Assembly (NCBI GenBank): GCA_050916045.1
Contig: CP051526.1
Coordinates: 480,001 to 544,000 of the forward strand
Reading direction: 5' to 3'
DNA: 64,000 nt
Source: Tepidisphaera sp.
Lineage (GTDB): Bacteria; Planctomycetota; Phycisphaerae; Phycisphaerales; UBA1924
Shown: positions 40,301 through 50,335 of the stretch, in pieces
Layout of the letters: each line of letters begins with the position of its first letter
Position numbering within the stretch: the first letter of the stretch is position 1
Notes under the pieces: generated by a model
Told to the model about the DNA's origin: nothing
The model's database searches: none
The model's input: the letters and a program-made list of their open reading frames with translations, nothing else
Translations under genes and position numbers: made by a program

Positions 40301-42494
40301 CAACGGCGGGCGGGCGTGGCTTCGCGATGCGGACGTCTTCGGCCGCGTCATCGCGACCGGCGCCTCCTCGTTCCAGGCCAGGTACAGCCAGCTTCGTCCG
40401 GGGACTTTCCCCTCGGTGATCGATACGTCGAGCGGCACGCACATCCTGCAGGACTGCTTGGTGGGAAGCCCGGCGATCGGCTACACCGGCGATGCGTTCA
40501 CGTCTGACGGCGGCGGAGCGTTCTGGTACGGCGGGCTGCAGTTCACGCCCCCGTATGTCGCTTCGATCCCGGCGGGTCCGTCCGCTCCGACGCTGCTTGC
40601 GGGGACCGGTCCGAGCGGGCCCGCGGGCCCGGCCGGTCCGCAGGGTCCTGCCGGTGCGCAAGGCCCTCAAGGCCCGGCGGGCGCGAACGGCAACGACGGA
40701 GCCCAGGGTCCGCAGGGACCGCAGGGTCCCGCTGGTGCGAACGGCAATGACGGAGCCCAGGGCCCGATGGGCCCGGCTGGTCCGCAGGGTCCGGCTGGTG
40801 GTCAGGGCCCCGTCGGTCCGCAGGGACCCGCGGGTGAGAACGCGGCGCAGTACGTCGTCGGCCCCACGCTGACGGACGGCGCGACGCACACGTCGATCCA
40901 GGCTGCGATCAACGCCGCGCTCGCCGATGGGTTCGGCGGCGGCAACCGGGTGACCGTGCTGGTCCGTCCGGGCACGTACACCGGGGATGTGACGCTGGCT
41001 GAAGGCGTGCACGTGATGGCGGTGACGGGCGCGAAGAGCTTCTCGACGCAGATCAACGGCCGCGTCAGCCTCGCGGCCGGTGTGACGAGCCTGACGGGTA
41101 TTGACATCAACGCGGCGACGGGCGATGCGCTGACGGTTGCCGGCGTCGTCAATCCGACGCAGCTCTACATCGCGGATTCGGTGGTGTACGCGTACGGAGC
41201 GGACAACGCGGTGGAGATCGCGACGCCGGTGGGCGGCTCCTCGGGCGTGATCTTTGACAACGTGAACTTCCGCAACATCGGCGGGACGGGCGCGGCGGCC
41301 AACGTGCTGAGCGGCACGATCCAGGGCCGGAGCGGCACGTTCTGGCCGGCGAGCCAGACGACGGCGGCGATCGCGCTGTCGGGCAACGCGACGGACTACG
41401 GCCGCGCGTGGGTCGGGACTTCCGACATCTTCGGCAAGGTGACGGCCACGGGCACGCCGCCGCCGACGGCTTCGGTGTTCCAAGCCCGGAGCAGCCAGAT
41501 CCGTTCGGGATCGGGCTTTGCGGTGGAGGACAGCAGCACGGGTTCGATCCTGCTGCTTGATGTGGCGATCCAGTCGACGACGCCGACGGACGTGGTGTCG
41601 ACGGACGGGAACCTGTTCTACGGGCAACTGACGTACTCGCTTCCGGGTCAGACGATGCCTGGAGCGGCGGCGCTTCTGCCGGGCTCGGGCCCGGCGGGTC
41701 CGCAAGGGCCGCAGGGTGCTCAGGGCGCTCAAGGCCCCCAGGGTGCGACCGGTCCGCAGGGACCGCAGGGTGCGATGGGCGCTCAGGGTCCGCAAGGGCT
41801 CACGGGTCCGGCGGGTACGACGGATTGGAACGGGCTGGCCAACATCCCGGCGGGCTTTGCCGACAACATCGATAACGACACGCTCTACACAGCGGGCCCG
41901 GGTCTGGATCTGACGGGCAACCAGTTCTCGATCCCCGACGCCGCCCTCACCACCCTCATGCTCCAGGATGAGTCGGTGACCGCCGCCAAGATCGCCAACC
42001 GCACCCGTCAGATCTTCATCTCCCCCGGCGAGATGTTCACCGGGAACTCCAACACCTTCGTCGGGCGCATCAACACTACGTCCGGATCCGGTGCCGTCAG
42101 CGCTCTGGGCGTTGGGCTCAACAACAGCGCTTCCCCCGAGAATCCTTACGCCAGCATGACGTTCATCATCCCCGCGGACTACATCGCCGGGGCCGCCCCC
42201 AACATGCAGATCCTCTACGGCACCGACAACAACTCCGGAAACGTCACGCTCGAAGTCTTCTACTCCAAGTCCACCGACCTGACTGGTTCGGGCAGCCAGG
42301 TCACATTCCGCGGGAACGTCAGCGCCCCGCAGACCGGGAACCAGATCCAGACGACGACGGTCACCGTTGGGTCTCCGCCCACCTGGAACCCCGGTGACGT
42401 CATCATCCTCAACGTGCAACGCCTCACGAGCGACCTGAACACCGGGAACGTCTACCTTTACGGCGTGAAGTTCGACTACACCGCCGATCAATAA
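37341..42494 (+). CDS. Very large collagen-like fibre protein with three repeated beta-helix-like domains
   Basis: GGAGG RBS; signal peptide; FTYQGKL N-domain; several Gly-X-Y blocks; CBM5/12-like W..Y..G.AV...GSSW segment; three THTS..AAI..LVR.G.Y domains; distinct C-terminal domain. Confidence 0.9.
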   Translation: MQRKSLNARMGLILGLALAGGTLLVPASMVGSPALARASGPTTQEFTYQGKLTQNNAVVNGTADLRFTLWDSSGLGTQIGPVLGANGVTVSNGLVTVLLDFGPGTFTGDGRWLEIEARVPAGTGTWETLTPRQSITPTPYALYSLNPGPAGPQGPMGPQGPAGPQGAAGPQGPQGTQGVPGSTGPQGPAGAQGPIGPAGPQGPIGPVGPQGDPGLVWVGTWLPMQVYLPGNAVYFNGSSWRSLTVNFGSQPDTSPADWTLVALKGNDGATGPQGPVGPAGATGPQGPAGPQGAAGNDGATGPQGPAGPQGPAGNDGAQGPQGPQGPAGNDGAQGPAGPAGNDGAQGPQGPAGNDGATGPQGPAGNDGAQGPAGPQGPAGNDGAQGPQGPQGPVGPVGPVGAQGPQGSQGPAGNDGAQGPQGPQGPQGPVGATGPAGADGIDAARYVVDAAGFGTHTSVQAAIAQADADRSGNPNVQVNILVRAGTYNENVTLLGGMHLTAVQPGRAFATQINGQVTLASGGIASMRGIHIASTTGDALTVTGNANPTQLYIYDANVEANGAAADNAVEVSTVLGGSSGVIFDNVNFRKPSGAPGLAANVVSGTLQGTGGTINGGVPTATAVQVSDGPNGYGRAWIKSSDIFGPVVASSLIAPPSAAVVDIGNSQIRSGTLAAVQDSTPGIVQVTDSYLQSAVVGDIASSDGNFYYAQLTFLPGSQTMPAAASLLPGTGPSGPAGPAGPQGPQGTAGANGNDGAQGPAGPQGPAGADGAAGPAGPAGADGLDGAPGPQGPAGNDGAQGPAGLPAAKYIVATTLTDNATHTSLNAAIQQAVADGYGLSNQTTILVRPGFYTENVDLKGGIHVVAAAPAKHFTTQFTGNATYINQGGPVTIVGIEFLATSGDALEITSGVAGSQIYVTGGGFTATTTGDDAVQINVLMSGATPGLIHDDVLFRTQGAATGFPVNVINGTIQGRAGTFSPASNNAAAMSLANGGRAWLRDADVFGRVIATGASSFQARYSQLRPGTFPSVIDTSSGTHILQDCLVGSPAIGYTGDAFTSDGGGAFWYGGLQFTPPYVASIPAGPSAPTLLAGTGPSGPAGPAGPQGPAGAQGPQGPAGANGNDGAQGPQGPQGPAGANGNDGAQGPMGPAGPQGPAGGQGPVGPQGPAGENAAQYVVGPTLTDGATHTSIQAAINAALADGFGGGNRVTVLVRPGTYTGDVTLAEGVHVMAVTGAKSFSTQINGRVSLAAGVTSLTGIDINAATGDALTVAGVVNPTQLYIADSVVYAYGADNAVEIATPVGGSSGVIFDNVNFRNIGGTGAAANVLSGTIQGRSGTFWPASQTTAAIALSGNATDYGRAWVGTSDIFGKVTATGTPPPTASVFQARSSQIRSGSGFAVEDSSTGSILLLDVAIQSTTPTDVVSTDGNLFYGQLTYSLPGQTMPGAAALLPGSGPAGPQGPQGAQGAQGPQGATGPQGPQGAMGAQGPQGLTGPAGTTDWNGLANIPAGFADNIDNDTLYTAGPGLDLTGNQFSIPDAALTTLMLQDESVTAAKIANRTRQIFISPGEMFTGNSNTFVGRINTTSGSGAVSALGVGLNNSASPENPYASMTFIIPADYIAGAAPNMQILYGTDNNSGNVTLEVFYSKSTDLTGSGSQVTFRGNVSAPQTGNQIQTTTVTVGSPPTWNPGDVIILNVQRLTSDLNTGNVYLYGVKFDYTADQ

Positions 42495-42526
42495 CCCTCA
42501 TGCCGAACTACGAAAGGAGATTCGAC

Positions 42527-42940
42527 ATGAGCAGACTGATCCCCCTCATCTTCATCCTCGCCGCTGCCCTCGCGGGCTCGGCCCGGGCCCAGCTCGCGAT
42601 GGACTGGCACACGTTCGACGGCGGCGGCGGGACCAGCAGCGGAGCGACGCTCACGCTGCAGGGAACGATCGGCCAGCCGGACGGGACGGCCCCGGACGCT
42701 TCGTCGGGCGCGACGCTTGCGATCGGCGGCGGGTTCTGGACTGGGCTGACGCTTCCGGATCCGTGCCCGGCGGACTTCAACGGGGACGGGTTCCTCGATT
42801 TCTTCGACTACGACGCGTATGTCGAGTGCTATGAGACGGAGGTCTGCCCTCCGGGCAAGACCGCCGACTTCAACAACGACGGGTTCGTGGACTTCTTTGA
42901 CTACGACGACTTCGTGCTGTTCTACGAGACGGGCTGCTGA
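42527..42940 (+). CDS. Small secreted protein with C-terminal GC-type dockerin-like domain
   Basis: AAGGAG RBS; signal peptide [60 protein letters not shown] terminus. Confidence 0.88.
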   Translation: MSRLIPLIFILAAALAGSARAQLAMDWHTFDGGGGTSSGATLTLQGTIGQPDGTAPDASSGATLAIGGGFWTGLTLPDPCPADFNGDGFLDFFDYDAYVECYETEVCPPGKTADFNNDGFVDFFDYDDFVLFYETGC

Positions 42941-42961
42941 GAGCCGCGGATCGCGTGAATC

Positions 42962-43002
42962 AAGAGGCCCGGTCGATCGCGACCGGGCCTCTTTCTTTTT
43001 TT
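42962..43002 (+). terminator. Rho-independent terminator
   Basis: AAGAGGCCCGGTCG-AT-CGCGACCGGGCCTCTT stem followed by TCTTTTTTT. Confidence 0.85.
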
Positions 43003-43035
43003 GGTTTGGCGGCCGCGAGCGGGGAGGGCTCCGGG

Positions 43036-43554
43036 TCACTTCACGAAGGTGCCGCGGTCGCGGTCCTTGCGGACGCCGGGGAACTTGAGGGCCCGGCCGT
43101 GAGCGACGGCGTAGACGCCGGGAGCGAGGGTGCCTGCGGCGAAGACGGCTTCGGTGAGGTTCTGCATGGCGTCGGAGCGCTTCATCTCGTAGGGGCGCAT
43201 GGCTCCGGTGAGGACGATGGGGACGCGGGGATTGGGATACGCCGCGTGGAGGGCGTCGCCGGTGAGGTGGAGGGTGTCGGTGCCGTGGAGGATGACGATG
43301 CCGACGCAGTTGGTGCCCAGGTCGGCGACGGCGCCCGAGGTGTGCACGGCTTCCACGATGCGGGTGCGGTCGGCGTCGGTCATGTGCAGGCTGTCTTTGC
43401 TCATGAGCTCGACGATGCTGACGGCGGTCTCCTCGAGGCGGAGGCGGCCGAGCATGAGGCGGACGAGGGATCGCTGGTTCTCGAGCGAGCCCGTCCGCTC
43501 GTCGTAGGTCTTCTCGATCGTCCCGCCGGTGGTGATGAGGGTGATGTGCCGCAT
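43036..43554 (-). CDS. Short asparaginase-domain protein
   Basis: ITTGGTIEK, KDSL, HGTDT, LTGAMRP. Confidence 0.88.
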   Translation of the reverse strand: MRHITLITTGGTIEKTYDERTGSLENQRSLVRLMLGRLRLEETAVSIVELMSKDSLHMTDADRTRIVEAVHTSGAVADLGTNCVGIVILHGTDTLHLTGDALHAAYPNPRVPIVLTGAMRPYEMKRSDAMQNLTEAVFAAGTLAPGVYAVAHGRALKFPGVRKDRDRGTFVK

Positions 43555-43721
43555 GAGCGGGAGGGTAGGGATCGCGTCCGAAGCCCACGGGCCGGGGAGG
43601 GCGCACGAAAAAGACACGCGGCCCGGGATGAACCGGGCCGCGTGCTGGTCAGGAACAGAAGGAAATGAAGCGGATGAATGCGGTCTCGCATCCGGAGGGC
43701 GTCGGTCGCCCGCGGAGCGGC

Positions 43722-44048
43722 TTAGCCGTTGATCGCGGTGATCTTGAGGGTCGTGTACCGCTGGCGGTGGCCGTACTTCTTCTTCCAGGTCTTCTTCTGG
43801 CGGTACTTGTAGATGTGGACCTTGTCGCCCATGGTCATCGGGTCGATGACCTCGGCTTCGACGGAGGCGCCGGCGACGTAGGGCTGGCCGATCTTGGCCG
43901 AACCGCCCTCTTTGCCGACGATCATGACCTTGTCGAACTTGATCTTGTGGCCGACGGCCGCTTCGCCGCCGCTCACGAGATCGACCTCGATCACGTCATT
44001 GACCGTCACCCGACGCTGGCCACCGAATTCTTCGATCATCGCGTACAT
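43722..44048 (-). CDS. rplU: 50S ribosomal protein L21
   Basis: MYAMIE.GGQ..V, IGQPYVAGASVEAEV, GHRQRYT. Confidence 0.95.
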   Translation of the reverse strand: MYAMIEEFGGQRRVTVNDVIEVDLVSGGEAAVGHKIKFDKVMIVGKEGGSAKIGQPYVAGASVEAEVIDPMTMGDKVHIYKYRQKKTWKKKYGHRQRYTTLKITAING

Positions 44049-44180
44049 CACAAGGCTCCAAGTAGGACGGGAAGGATAGCGGGGACCTCGCGGAAAGCAA
44101 GCGGAAGCGCCAAGTCGACGCGACCAGTGGTCGTAATTTGTACGGTATGCCAGGGCGGCAATGTCCGCGTCCGACGGGTC

Positions 44181-44531
44181 TTACTCTGCCGGTTCGATCG
44201 TCACCGTGAGCTTTTTGGTGAGGAACTGCTCCTGGTAGAGCTCGGCGCGTTCCTTGTGGGTCACCAGAAGCAGGGCCACACCGGACTCGTGGGCTTCCAT
44301 CGTGAGCTCGATGGCCCGGAGTGGGGGTGTGGGGGTGAGGGCGATGATGGACCGGACGACCCACTCGACGTCGTTCACGTCGTCGTTGTGGAGGAGGACT
44401 TTGAAGGGGGGGAGGTGGTCGACGCGGGGGGGTGGAGTCTTCGGGGCGGGCGCGGTGGCGACGGGGGCCTCGCTTGCCGACGGGGCTTGAGTCGGAGCGG
44501 TGGGCTGGTTGGGAGCGGATTCGTCGGCCAT
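44181..44531 (-). CDS. clpS: ATP-dependent Clp protease adaptor ClpS
   Basis: PPFKVLLHNDDVN, MEAHESGVA, LTVTIEP. Confidence 0.92.
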   Translation of the reverse strand: MADESAPNQPTAPTQAPSASEAPVATAPAPKTPPPRVDHLPPFKVLLHNDDVNDVEWVVRSIIALTPTPPLRAIELTMEAHESGVALLLVTHKERAELYQEQFLTKKLTVTIEPAE

Positions 44532-44554
44532 GGCGGATTCTCCGCGCGATCGTA

Positions 44555-46252
44555 TCAGTGGAGCACGCGGAACGCTTCGGCTTCATCGGTGAAGCCGAGG
44601 GCGATCTTGTCCTTGGCGTCGTCGTGCATGGTGCGGAAGCCGCCGGCGCGGGCGGCGTCGAAGAGGGTCATGGCGTCGGAGTTCTTGGCTGTCAGGCGGC
44701 GGAGCTCATCGGTCATGAGCATGAGCTCATAGACCGCGAGGCGGCCCTTGTAGCCCGTGCCGTAGCAGACGTCGCACCGGGTGCCGCCGAGCTGTCCCGA
44801 ACCGACGCAGATCTTGCACTTGCGGCGGAGGAGGCGCTGAGCCAGCACACCGAGCAGGGTCGAGGTGATGAGGTACGGCTCGACGCCGATGTCGACCAGG
44901 CGGGTGATCGCGCCGGGAGCGTCGTTGGTGTGGAGCGTGGCGAGCACGAGGTGGCCCGTGAGCGAAGCTTGGATGGCGAGCTGGGCCGTCTCGTTGTCGC
45001 GGATTTCGCCGACGAGGATGACGTCGGGGTCCTGGCGAAGCAGCGACCGGAGGCCGGAGGCGAAGGTCACGCCGCGCTTGACGTTGACCTGCATCTGCGA
45101 GATCCCGTCCATGTGGTATTCGACGGGGTCTTCGATCGTCATCACGTTGCGGCTGCCGCGGTCGATGCGGCCCAGAGCGGCGTACAGGCTCGTCGTTTTA
45201 CCCGAGCCGGTGGGGCCGGTGACGAGGATGATGCCGGTGGGGCGTTCGACCAAGTCCATGAACTGGCCCTGCATGGCTTTGGACATGCCGACCTGATCGA
45301 GGCTGAGCTGCGTCTGGGACTGGTCGAGCAAGCGGAGGACGAGGCGCTCGCCGTACACCGTGGGGATGCAGGAGAAGCGGATGTCGATCTTGCGTGAACC
45401 GATACGGACGGAGGTGTGGCCGTCCTGCGGGCTGTGGCGGTTGGCGATGTCGAGCTCGGTCATCACCTTCATGCGCGAGGAGATCGCGGGGGCGAGCGAG
45501 AGCGGGGGGGTGAAGGCGTCCACCAGCATGCCGTCGATGCGGAAGCGGATGACGAGCTTATTTTCCATCGGGTGAACGTGGACGTCCGAAGCGCGGCGGC
45601 GCAGGGCTTCGAAGAGGATCATGTTCACGAGGCGGATGACGGGGGTCTGGCGGGCGAGCTGGAGGAGATCGGTGGACTGGCCCGCGGAGCCCGCGGCGGC
45701 GGCGATGACGCCCTCGTCCAGGGGCATTTCCTCGATGATCTCTTCGACCAGGCCCTGACGCTGCTCATAGCCGCGGTTGATCAGGTTCGCGACGCTCGCC
45801 CGCGGCGAGAGCACGATCCGGATGGGCATCTCGAGGTGGTCCTCGACGATGGTGAAAGCCTGGGGCGTCAGGGGCTGAGCGGTGGCGCAGACCATGACCA
45901 TGGAGGAGGAGCCGGGGGCGGCGGGCTCTTCCTCGACGCCGGCGATGTGGTAGAACCGGGCGACGTCGCCGGGGACGGTTTCGTAGAACCGGGCGGAGGA
46001 GTCCTGGAGCTTGGGTTCGGCGACGAATCCGAGGCCGGTGCGTTTCGCGAGGGTCTCGAGGCCCTCGTGCTCATCCACGGCGAGCATGGAGAGGAGGGAA
46101 TCCCACGGCTCGACGTCGGCGCCTTCCATTTCGCGGAACTGGCGGACGTGCTCGGGCGACAGCTTGAACGGCTGGAGCAATTCCGAGACGCGAGCGAGAT
46201 CGCGCGGCGAATCGGTGGACAGGCTTTCCGACGAAGCGGGGCGTGGGGGCAT
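44555..46252 (-). CDS. gspE: Type II secretion/T4P assembly ATPase GspE/PulE
   Basis: ASDVH, RFRIDG, GPTGSGKTT, TIEDPVEY, LRQDPDVILVGEIRD, TGHLVLATLHTND. Confidence 0.92.
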   Translation of the reverse strand: MPPRPASSESLSTDSPRDLARVSELLQPFKLSPEHVRQFREMEGADVEPWDSLLSMLAVDEHEGLETLAKRTGLGFVAEPKLQDSSARFYETVPGDVARFYHIAGVEEEPAAPGSSSMVMVCATAQPLTPQAFTIVEDHLEMPIRIVLSPRASVANLINRGYEQRQGLVEEIIEEMPLDEGVIAAAAGSAGQSTDLLQLARQTPVIRLVNMILFEALRRRASDVHVHPMENKLVIRFRIDGMLVDAFTPPLSLAPAISSRMKVMTELDIANRHSPQDGHTSVRIGSRKIDIRFSCIPTVYGERLVLRLLDQSQTQLSLDQVGMSKAMQGQFMDLVERPTGIILVTGPTGSGKTTSLYAALGRIDRGSRNVMTIEDPVEYHMDGISQMQVNVKRGVTFASGLRSLLRQDPDVILVGEIRDNETAQLAIQASLTGHLVLATLHTNDAPGAITRLVDIGVEPYLITSTLLGVLAQRLLRRKCKICVGSGQLGGTRCDVCYGTGYKGRLAVYELMLMTDELRRLTAKNSDAMTLFDAARAGGFRTMHDDAKDKIALGFTDEAEAFRVLH

Positions 46253-46258
46253 GGGGAT

Positions 46259-49102
46259 TTACTGCTTGGTCTGTTCTGCGGCGGGCTCGGCGGCGGGGCT
46301 GGGGTTGGAGTCGGCCGGGGGCGGCGTGAGGGAAGCGTCGGGAGCGGCTTTGGGAGCGGGTGCGGTGCCGGGCTCTCTGATCTCGAGGAAATCGACGAGG
46401 ACGGGCTTCATCTCGGGCATGCCCGGGGTGATGCCCGCGGTTTTCATCGCCGGCTTGGTGAGCAGGATCATGTCCTGGAAGCGTTCATCGCGCTGCACGC
46501 GGGGCGTGATGAAGACGTAGAGGGTGGTCTTGCTCTTGATGCGGCTCTGGTCCTGGAAGAGGAAGCCCAGGAAGGGGATGTCGCCCAGGAGCGGGATCTT
46601 GTCGACGGTGTCGCGGTTGGTGTCGATCACGACGCCACCGATGACGATCGTCATGTTCGCGGGGACCTGCACCTTGCTGCTGATGTTGTTGGTGTTCTTG
46701 GGCGGGGGCAGGGTTTCGGTGCCGGTGCCGGTGAAGCTGGAGAGTTCGACGTCGATCTCCATGCCGACGCTGTCGCCGGGGCCGATCTGCGGCTTTTTGA
46801 CGGTCAGCTTGGTGCCGGCTTCCTCGTATCCGCCGAAGGAGATGGAGTCGCCGCCCTGATCGGAGGTGGCGAGGTTTCGGGTGGCGGTGGGCTGTTCTTC
46901 CTTGCTTTCGACGATCGCTTCTTCGGTGTTGGCGTCGACGAGGAGCGAGGGGGAGGAGAGCACGCGGGTGTCAACGACGGTTCGGAGGGCGTTGATGACG
47001 ATGGGGACCTGGTCGGACTTGATGATCGCGCCGGTGATGCCCTTGAGGTTTGTCTTGGGGTTTTTGCGGCCGGGGAGGCCGGTGCCGGTGGGGAAGTCGG
47101 AAAGGCCGAAGTTGGTGTTGACGACGCCGCCGGTGCCGTTGGCGTTGATGAGCTGGTTTTCGAACGCGAGGCGGAAGGTGTCCGAGCCGGTCACGGCGAC
47201 GATCTGGGCTTCGATGTAGACCTGCGGGACGGGGAGGTCGAGGCGGGAGATGAGTTCCTTGTAGTACGCCTGCTCCTTGAGCGGAGCTTTCACGATGACC
47301 TGGTTGTTGGGCTCATCGGCGACGATGAAGCTGTTTTTGCCGGAGATGGAGAGGTCGTTGCCGCTGACGTAGACCGGCGGGGTAACGATGATGGGCTGCT
47401 GGTTGTTCCGGCCGCCGGAAGGGAGCATGCCGCTTTCGTTCTCGCCGCCCTGGGGGGTCTGGTTGTTGATGAGCCCGAGGACGGTGGCGGCGACCTCCTT
47501 GGACTTGGCGTAGACGAGGCGGTATTCGCGCATCACGATCGCGTCGTTTTCCGGCTCGATTTCCTTGATGAGGCGGTCCATCTCGGCGTGGAGCTTGGGG
47601 GTGGCGTAGTAGATGATCTGGCCGCGACCTTCGTCGACGACTAGGACGGCGCCGCCGGTGAGGGCCTGCTGCTGGTTCTGGGCGTTGCGGCGCGAGCCGT
47701 CGTCGTAGTAGTAGCCGAAGTTCATGCCCCGGTTGACTTCATCCTGGGACTTGATGGTCGTGACCTCGCCCATGCCGCGCTGGCGGGCGATGTCGGCGAC
47801 GGCTTTGGCGGATGAGCCGACGCGGTAGGTCTTGGGTTCGAGGCGGCTTTGGGCGTCGACGATCTTGATGAGGGCTTTGACGTACTCGACCTCTTCCTTC
47901 TTGCCGCGGAAGAAGAGGGAGTTGCCGTTGGGGCTCGCGGTCAGGCGTTCCGCGAGGTTGTCCATGTTGGTTTTGGCGGCGGCGGCTTGGGGCTGCTGCT
48001 GCTGGATGGGGTTGCCGTAGTCGTCGAACTGGCGGTTGCCCTGACGGCTGTTGCCCTGGGGTGCCTGCCCGAGCATCTCAAGGATTCGCTGCTTGGCGAC
48101 GGTGGGTGACACAAAGTTGAGGTCGATCTCGGTGACCTGGATGAGGGCGTATTCCTTGATGACCCGTTCGATGACGGTGGCGACCTCGTCGATGCGACGC
48201 TGGCTGTCGACCATGATGATCAGGCCGAGTTCATCGTTGTAGACGATGCGGCCCCCGCCCGAGCCGCCGCCGCCGGCGTTGCCGGGCTGGGGCTGGGCGA
48301 TGGGCATGCCGTTCTCATCGACGCCGCCGCCCTGCGGCTGGCCGCGGTTGGGGGCGCGGTTGCCGCCGACCACGGAGGCGCCGCCCGAGCCGAGCAGGCC
48401 GTCGATCATGGATTTGAGCGAGCTTGGACGGATCCCCTCGGTAACGAAGACGCGGGTGGTCATCGAGCTTTCGCCGAGTTCAAACTCGGCGCTGCCGGCG
48501 GGGACCACGGCGTAAAACTCGGTGCGGCGGTCGTAGACCAGGACGTACTTGTGAAGCTCAAGCCACGCGCGGAGCATGTCGAGCAGGCGTTCCTTCTTGA
48601 TCTTGACCGGAGCGTTGAAAACGATGCTGCCGGAAAGGTTCGGATCCGAGTAGATGTTGATCTCGAGCGTCTGGGCGACGATTTCAACCAAGGTGGTGAG
48701 CTCGACCGCTTCGGCGAAGTTCGAGAACTCGATGAACCCGTCTCCGGCGTCGATGTTGGGAACCTCGACCGCTTCCTCGGCCGGTGCTTCGGCATTGCCG
48801 GGATTGAAGCCCGGGGGGTTGGCACCGCCGGGCTGGTTCGGGCGACCGCCGACCGCGGGGTTGTTCCGATTCTGGGGGAAGCCGGGCTGGGCCGTGGCGC
48901 TGTTGCGGCCGCCGACCTGCGGCTTGGCCGAGGGAACCTTGCCCGACCCGGCGGGCTGGGGGGGGAGTACCGGGACGGCTTTGTCCTGAGCGTGCGTGAC
49001 GGAGCCCAGAGCGAGGACCAGGCCTGCGACCGCGAAGAGGCTTGCCGCGTGGGGGCGGGAAGGGGACAGGTGGCGCGGGCGGCGGGCGTGGAAGTTCTGC
49101 AC
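46259..49102 (-). CDS. gspD: Type II secretion secretin GspD-like
   Basis: Signal peptide; secretin N domains; QVYIEAQIV, VLSSPSL, IVIGG, KIPLLGDIPFLGFLF, LYVFITPRV; GTG start at 49102 after GGAG. Confidence 0.9.
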   Translation of the reverse strand: MQNFHARRPRHLSPSRPHAASLFAVAGLVLALGSVTHAQDKAVPVLPPQPAGSGKVPSAKPQVGGRNSATAQPGFPQNRNNPAVGGRPNQPGGANPPGFNPGNAEAPAEEAVEVPNIDAGDGFIEFSNFAEAVELTTLVEIVAQTLEINIYSDPNLSGSIVFNAPVKIKKERLLDMLRAWLELHKYVLVYDRRTEFYAVVPAGSAEFELGESSMTTRVFVTEGIRPSSLKSMIDGLLGSGGASVVGGNRAPNRGQPQGGGVDENGMPIAQPQPGNAGGGGSGGGRIVYNDELGLIIMVDSQRRIDEVATVIERVIKEYALIQVTEIDLNFVSPTVAKQRILEMLGQAPQGNSRQGNRQFDDYGNPIQQQQPQAAAAKTNMDNLAERLTASPNGNSLFFRGKKEEVEYVKALIKIVDAQSRLEPKTYRVGSSAKAVADIARQRGMGEVTTIKSQDEVNRGMNFGYYYDDGSRRNAQNQQQALTGGAVLVVDEGRGQIIYYATPKLHAEMDRLIKEIEPENDAIVMREYRLVYAKSKEVAATVLGLINNQTPQGGENESGMLPSGGRNNQQPIIVTPPVYVSGNDLSISGKNSFIVADEPNNQVIVKAPLKEQAYYKELISRLDLPVPQVYIEAQIVAVTGSDTFRLAFENQLINANGTGGVVNTNFGLSDFPTGTGLPGRKNPKTNLKGITGAIIKSDQVPIVINALRTVVDTRVLSSPSLLVDANTEEAIVESKEEQPTATRNLATSDQGGDSISFGGYEEAGTKLTVKKPQIGPGDSVGMEIDVELSSFTGTGTETLPPPKNTNNISSKVQVPANMTIVIGGVVIDTNRDTVDKIPLLGDIPFLGFLFQDQSRIKSKTTLYVFITPRVQRDERFQDMILLTKPAMKTAGITPGMPEMKPVLVDFLEIREPGTAPAPKAAPDASLTPPPADSNPSPAAEPAAEQTKQ

Positions 49103-49315
49103 AGGCGGATCTCCGAGGAATGAATCGGGCACGGCTATGGTAACGGCGGGACGCGAGCGGTGTGCACCCATGTGCTTCGCCCGGGTTCGAGCGGCTCCAC
49201 AAGCCGGGGACGCTTTGTATCGGCGTCTTTGGAAGCGGGGCCCAAATCTAGCGCCGCAGAGGTGTTCGGCGTTCGCGCCGTGTGCGCAATCCGCCAGACT
49301 TCGACAAATCCACCC

Positions 49316-50335
49316 GTGAACGCCCCAACACATCCCGATCACCCTTCACCGGCCCGAGCCGCGTCCCCGCGCCGGGTGGTCAGCCTGCTTCCATCGGCGA
49401 CCGAGATCGTGTCCCTGGTGGGGGGTGGCGAGCTTTTGGTCGGGCGTTCGCACGAATGCGATTATCCGCCGGGGGTGGGCCGTCTCCCGGTGCTGACCTC
49501 GGCCCGGACGAGCGGGGACGATCCGGCGGACCTGGACCGGCAGGTGCGTGAGTCGACGGCGGCGGGTGCGTCGCTGTATAACCTCGACGGCGACCTTCTG
49601 GCGGAACTTGCGCCGGACCTGATCATCACGCAGGACCTTTGCTCGGTGTGTTCGATCGACCTGGCGGCGGTTCGTCGCGTGGCGATGGGCATGGCGAACC
49701 CGCCCGAGGTGCTCAGCTTGAATCCCGAGACGGTGGAGGGGGTGCTTGATGATGTGCTCCGCGTCGGGCAGGCGCTCGGGCGCGTCGAAGCGGCGACGCG
49801 GGCGGCGGTCGGCTTGCGCGAGCGGCTTTTCGCGGCGGGGGAGCACGTCAATCCGTTTGATGATGGCCCGAGCGTGGCGTTTCTCGAGTGGACCGATCCG
49901 CTTTTCGTCGGCGGGCACTGGGTGCCGCAGCTTGTGGAGCGAGCGGGGGGTCGGCACGTGCTGAATCCGACGGCGCCGCGAGCGACCGCGGGAGCGGCGA
50001 TCGGCCCGCAGATGGCCGAACGTGTCGCGGGCAAATCGGTCGTGGTGACGCCGGAGGCGTTTCAGGCGAGCGAGCCGGAGTGGATCATTATCTGTCCCTG
50101 CGGGGTGAACCTGCGGGGCGCGGTGGAGATGGCGAAGGCGATCGCGCGGGCTTCGTGGTTTCGCGAGACTCCGGCGGCTCGCAGGGGTCGTGTCGCGGTG
50201 GTGGACGGGAATCAGATGTTTGCGCGGCCGGGGCCGAGGCTTGTGGACGGGTTTGAGTTTCTGGTGGGGCTCTTGAATGATCGGCCGGACGTGATTCCGG
50301 CGGATTTCCCGTGGACGAAGCTTGAGGTTGGATGA
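49316..50335 (+). CDS. Cobalamin/iron-chelate substrate-binding-family protein (BtuF-like), start uncertain
   Basis: RVVSLLPSATEI, GRSHECDYP, PDLIITQDLCSVC, EWTDP..GHWVP, VDGN..RPGPRL. Confidence 0.85.
   Translation: MNAPTHPDHPSPARAASPRRVVSLLPSATEIVSLVGGGELLVGRSHECDYPPGVGRLPVLTSARTSGDDPADLDRQVRESTAAGASLYNLDGDLLAELAPDLIITQDLCSVCSIDLAAVRRVAMGMANPPEVLSLNPETVEGVLDDVLRVGQALGRVEAATRAAVGLRERLFAAGEHVNPFDDGPSVAFLEWTDPLFVGGHWVPQLVERAGGRHVLNPTAPRATAGAAIGPQMAERVAGKSVVVTPEAFQASEPEWIIICPCGVNLRGAVEMAKAIARASWFRETPAARRGRVAVVDGNQMFARPGPRLVDGFEFLVGLLNDRPDVIPADFPWTKLEVG

Noticed and set aside
37134..42491. Long minus-strand ORFs with RTLR/GPCG repeats
   Set aside because: Antisense readings of the collagen repeats
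41930..42494. Diversity-generating retroelement target in the fibre tip
   Set aside because: No reverse transcriptase and no template-repeat copy seen in the window
32730..42940. Prophage or tailocin explanation for the fibre genes
   Set aside because: No capsid, sheath, baseplate, lysis or integrase genes; the proteins have export-type N-termini and sit among host genes
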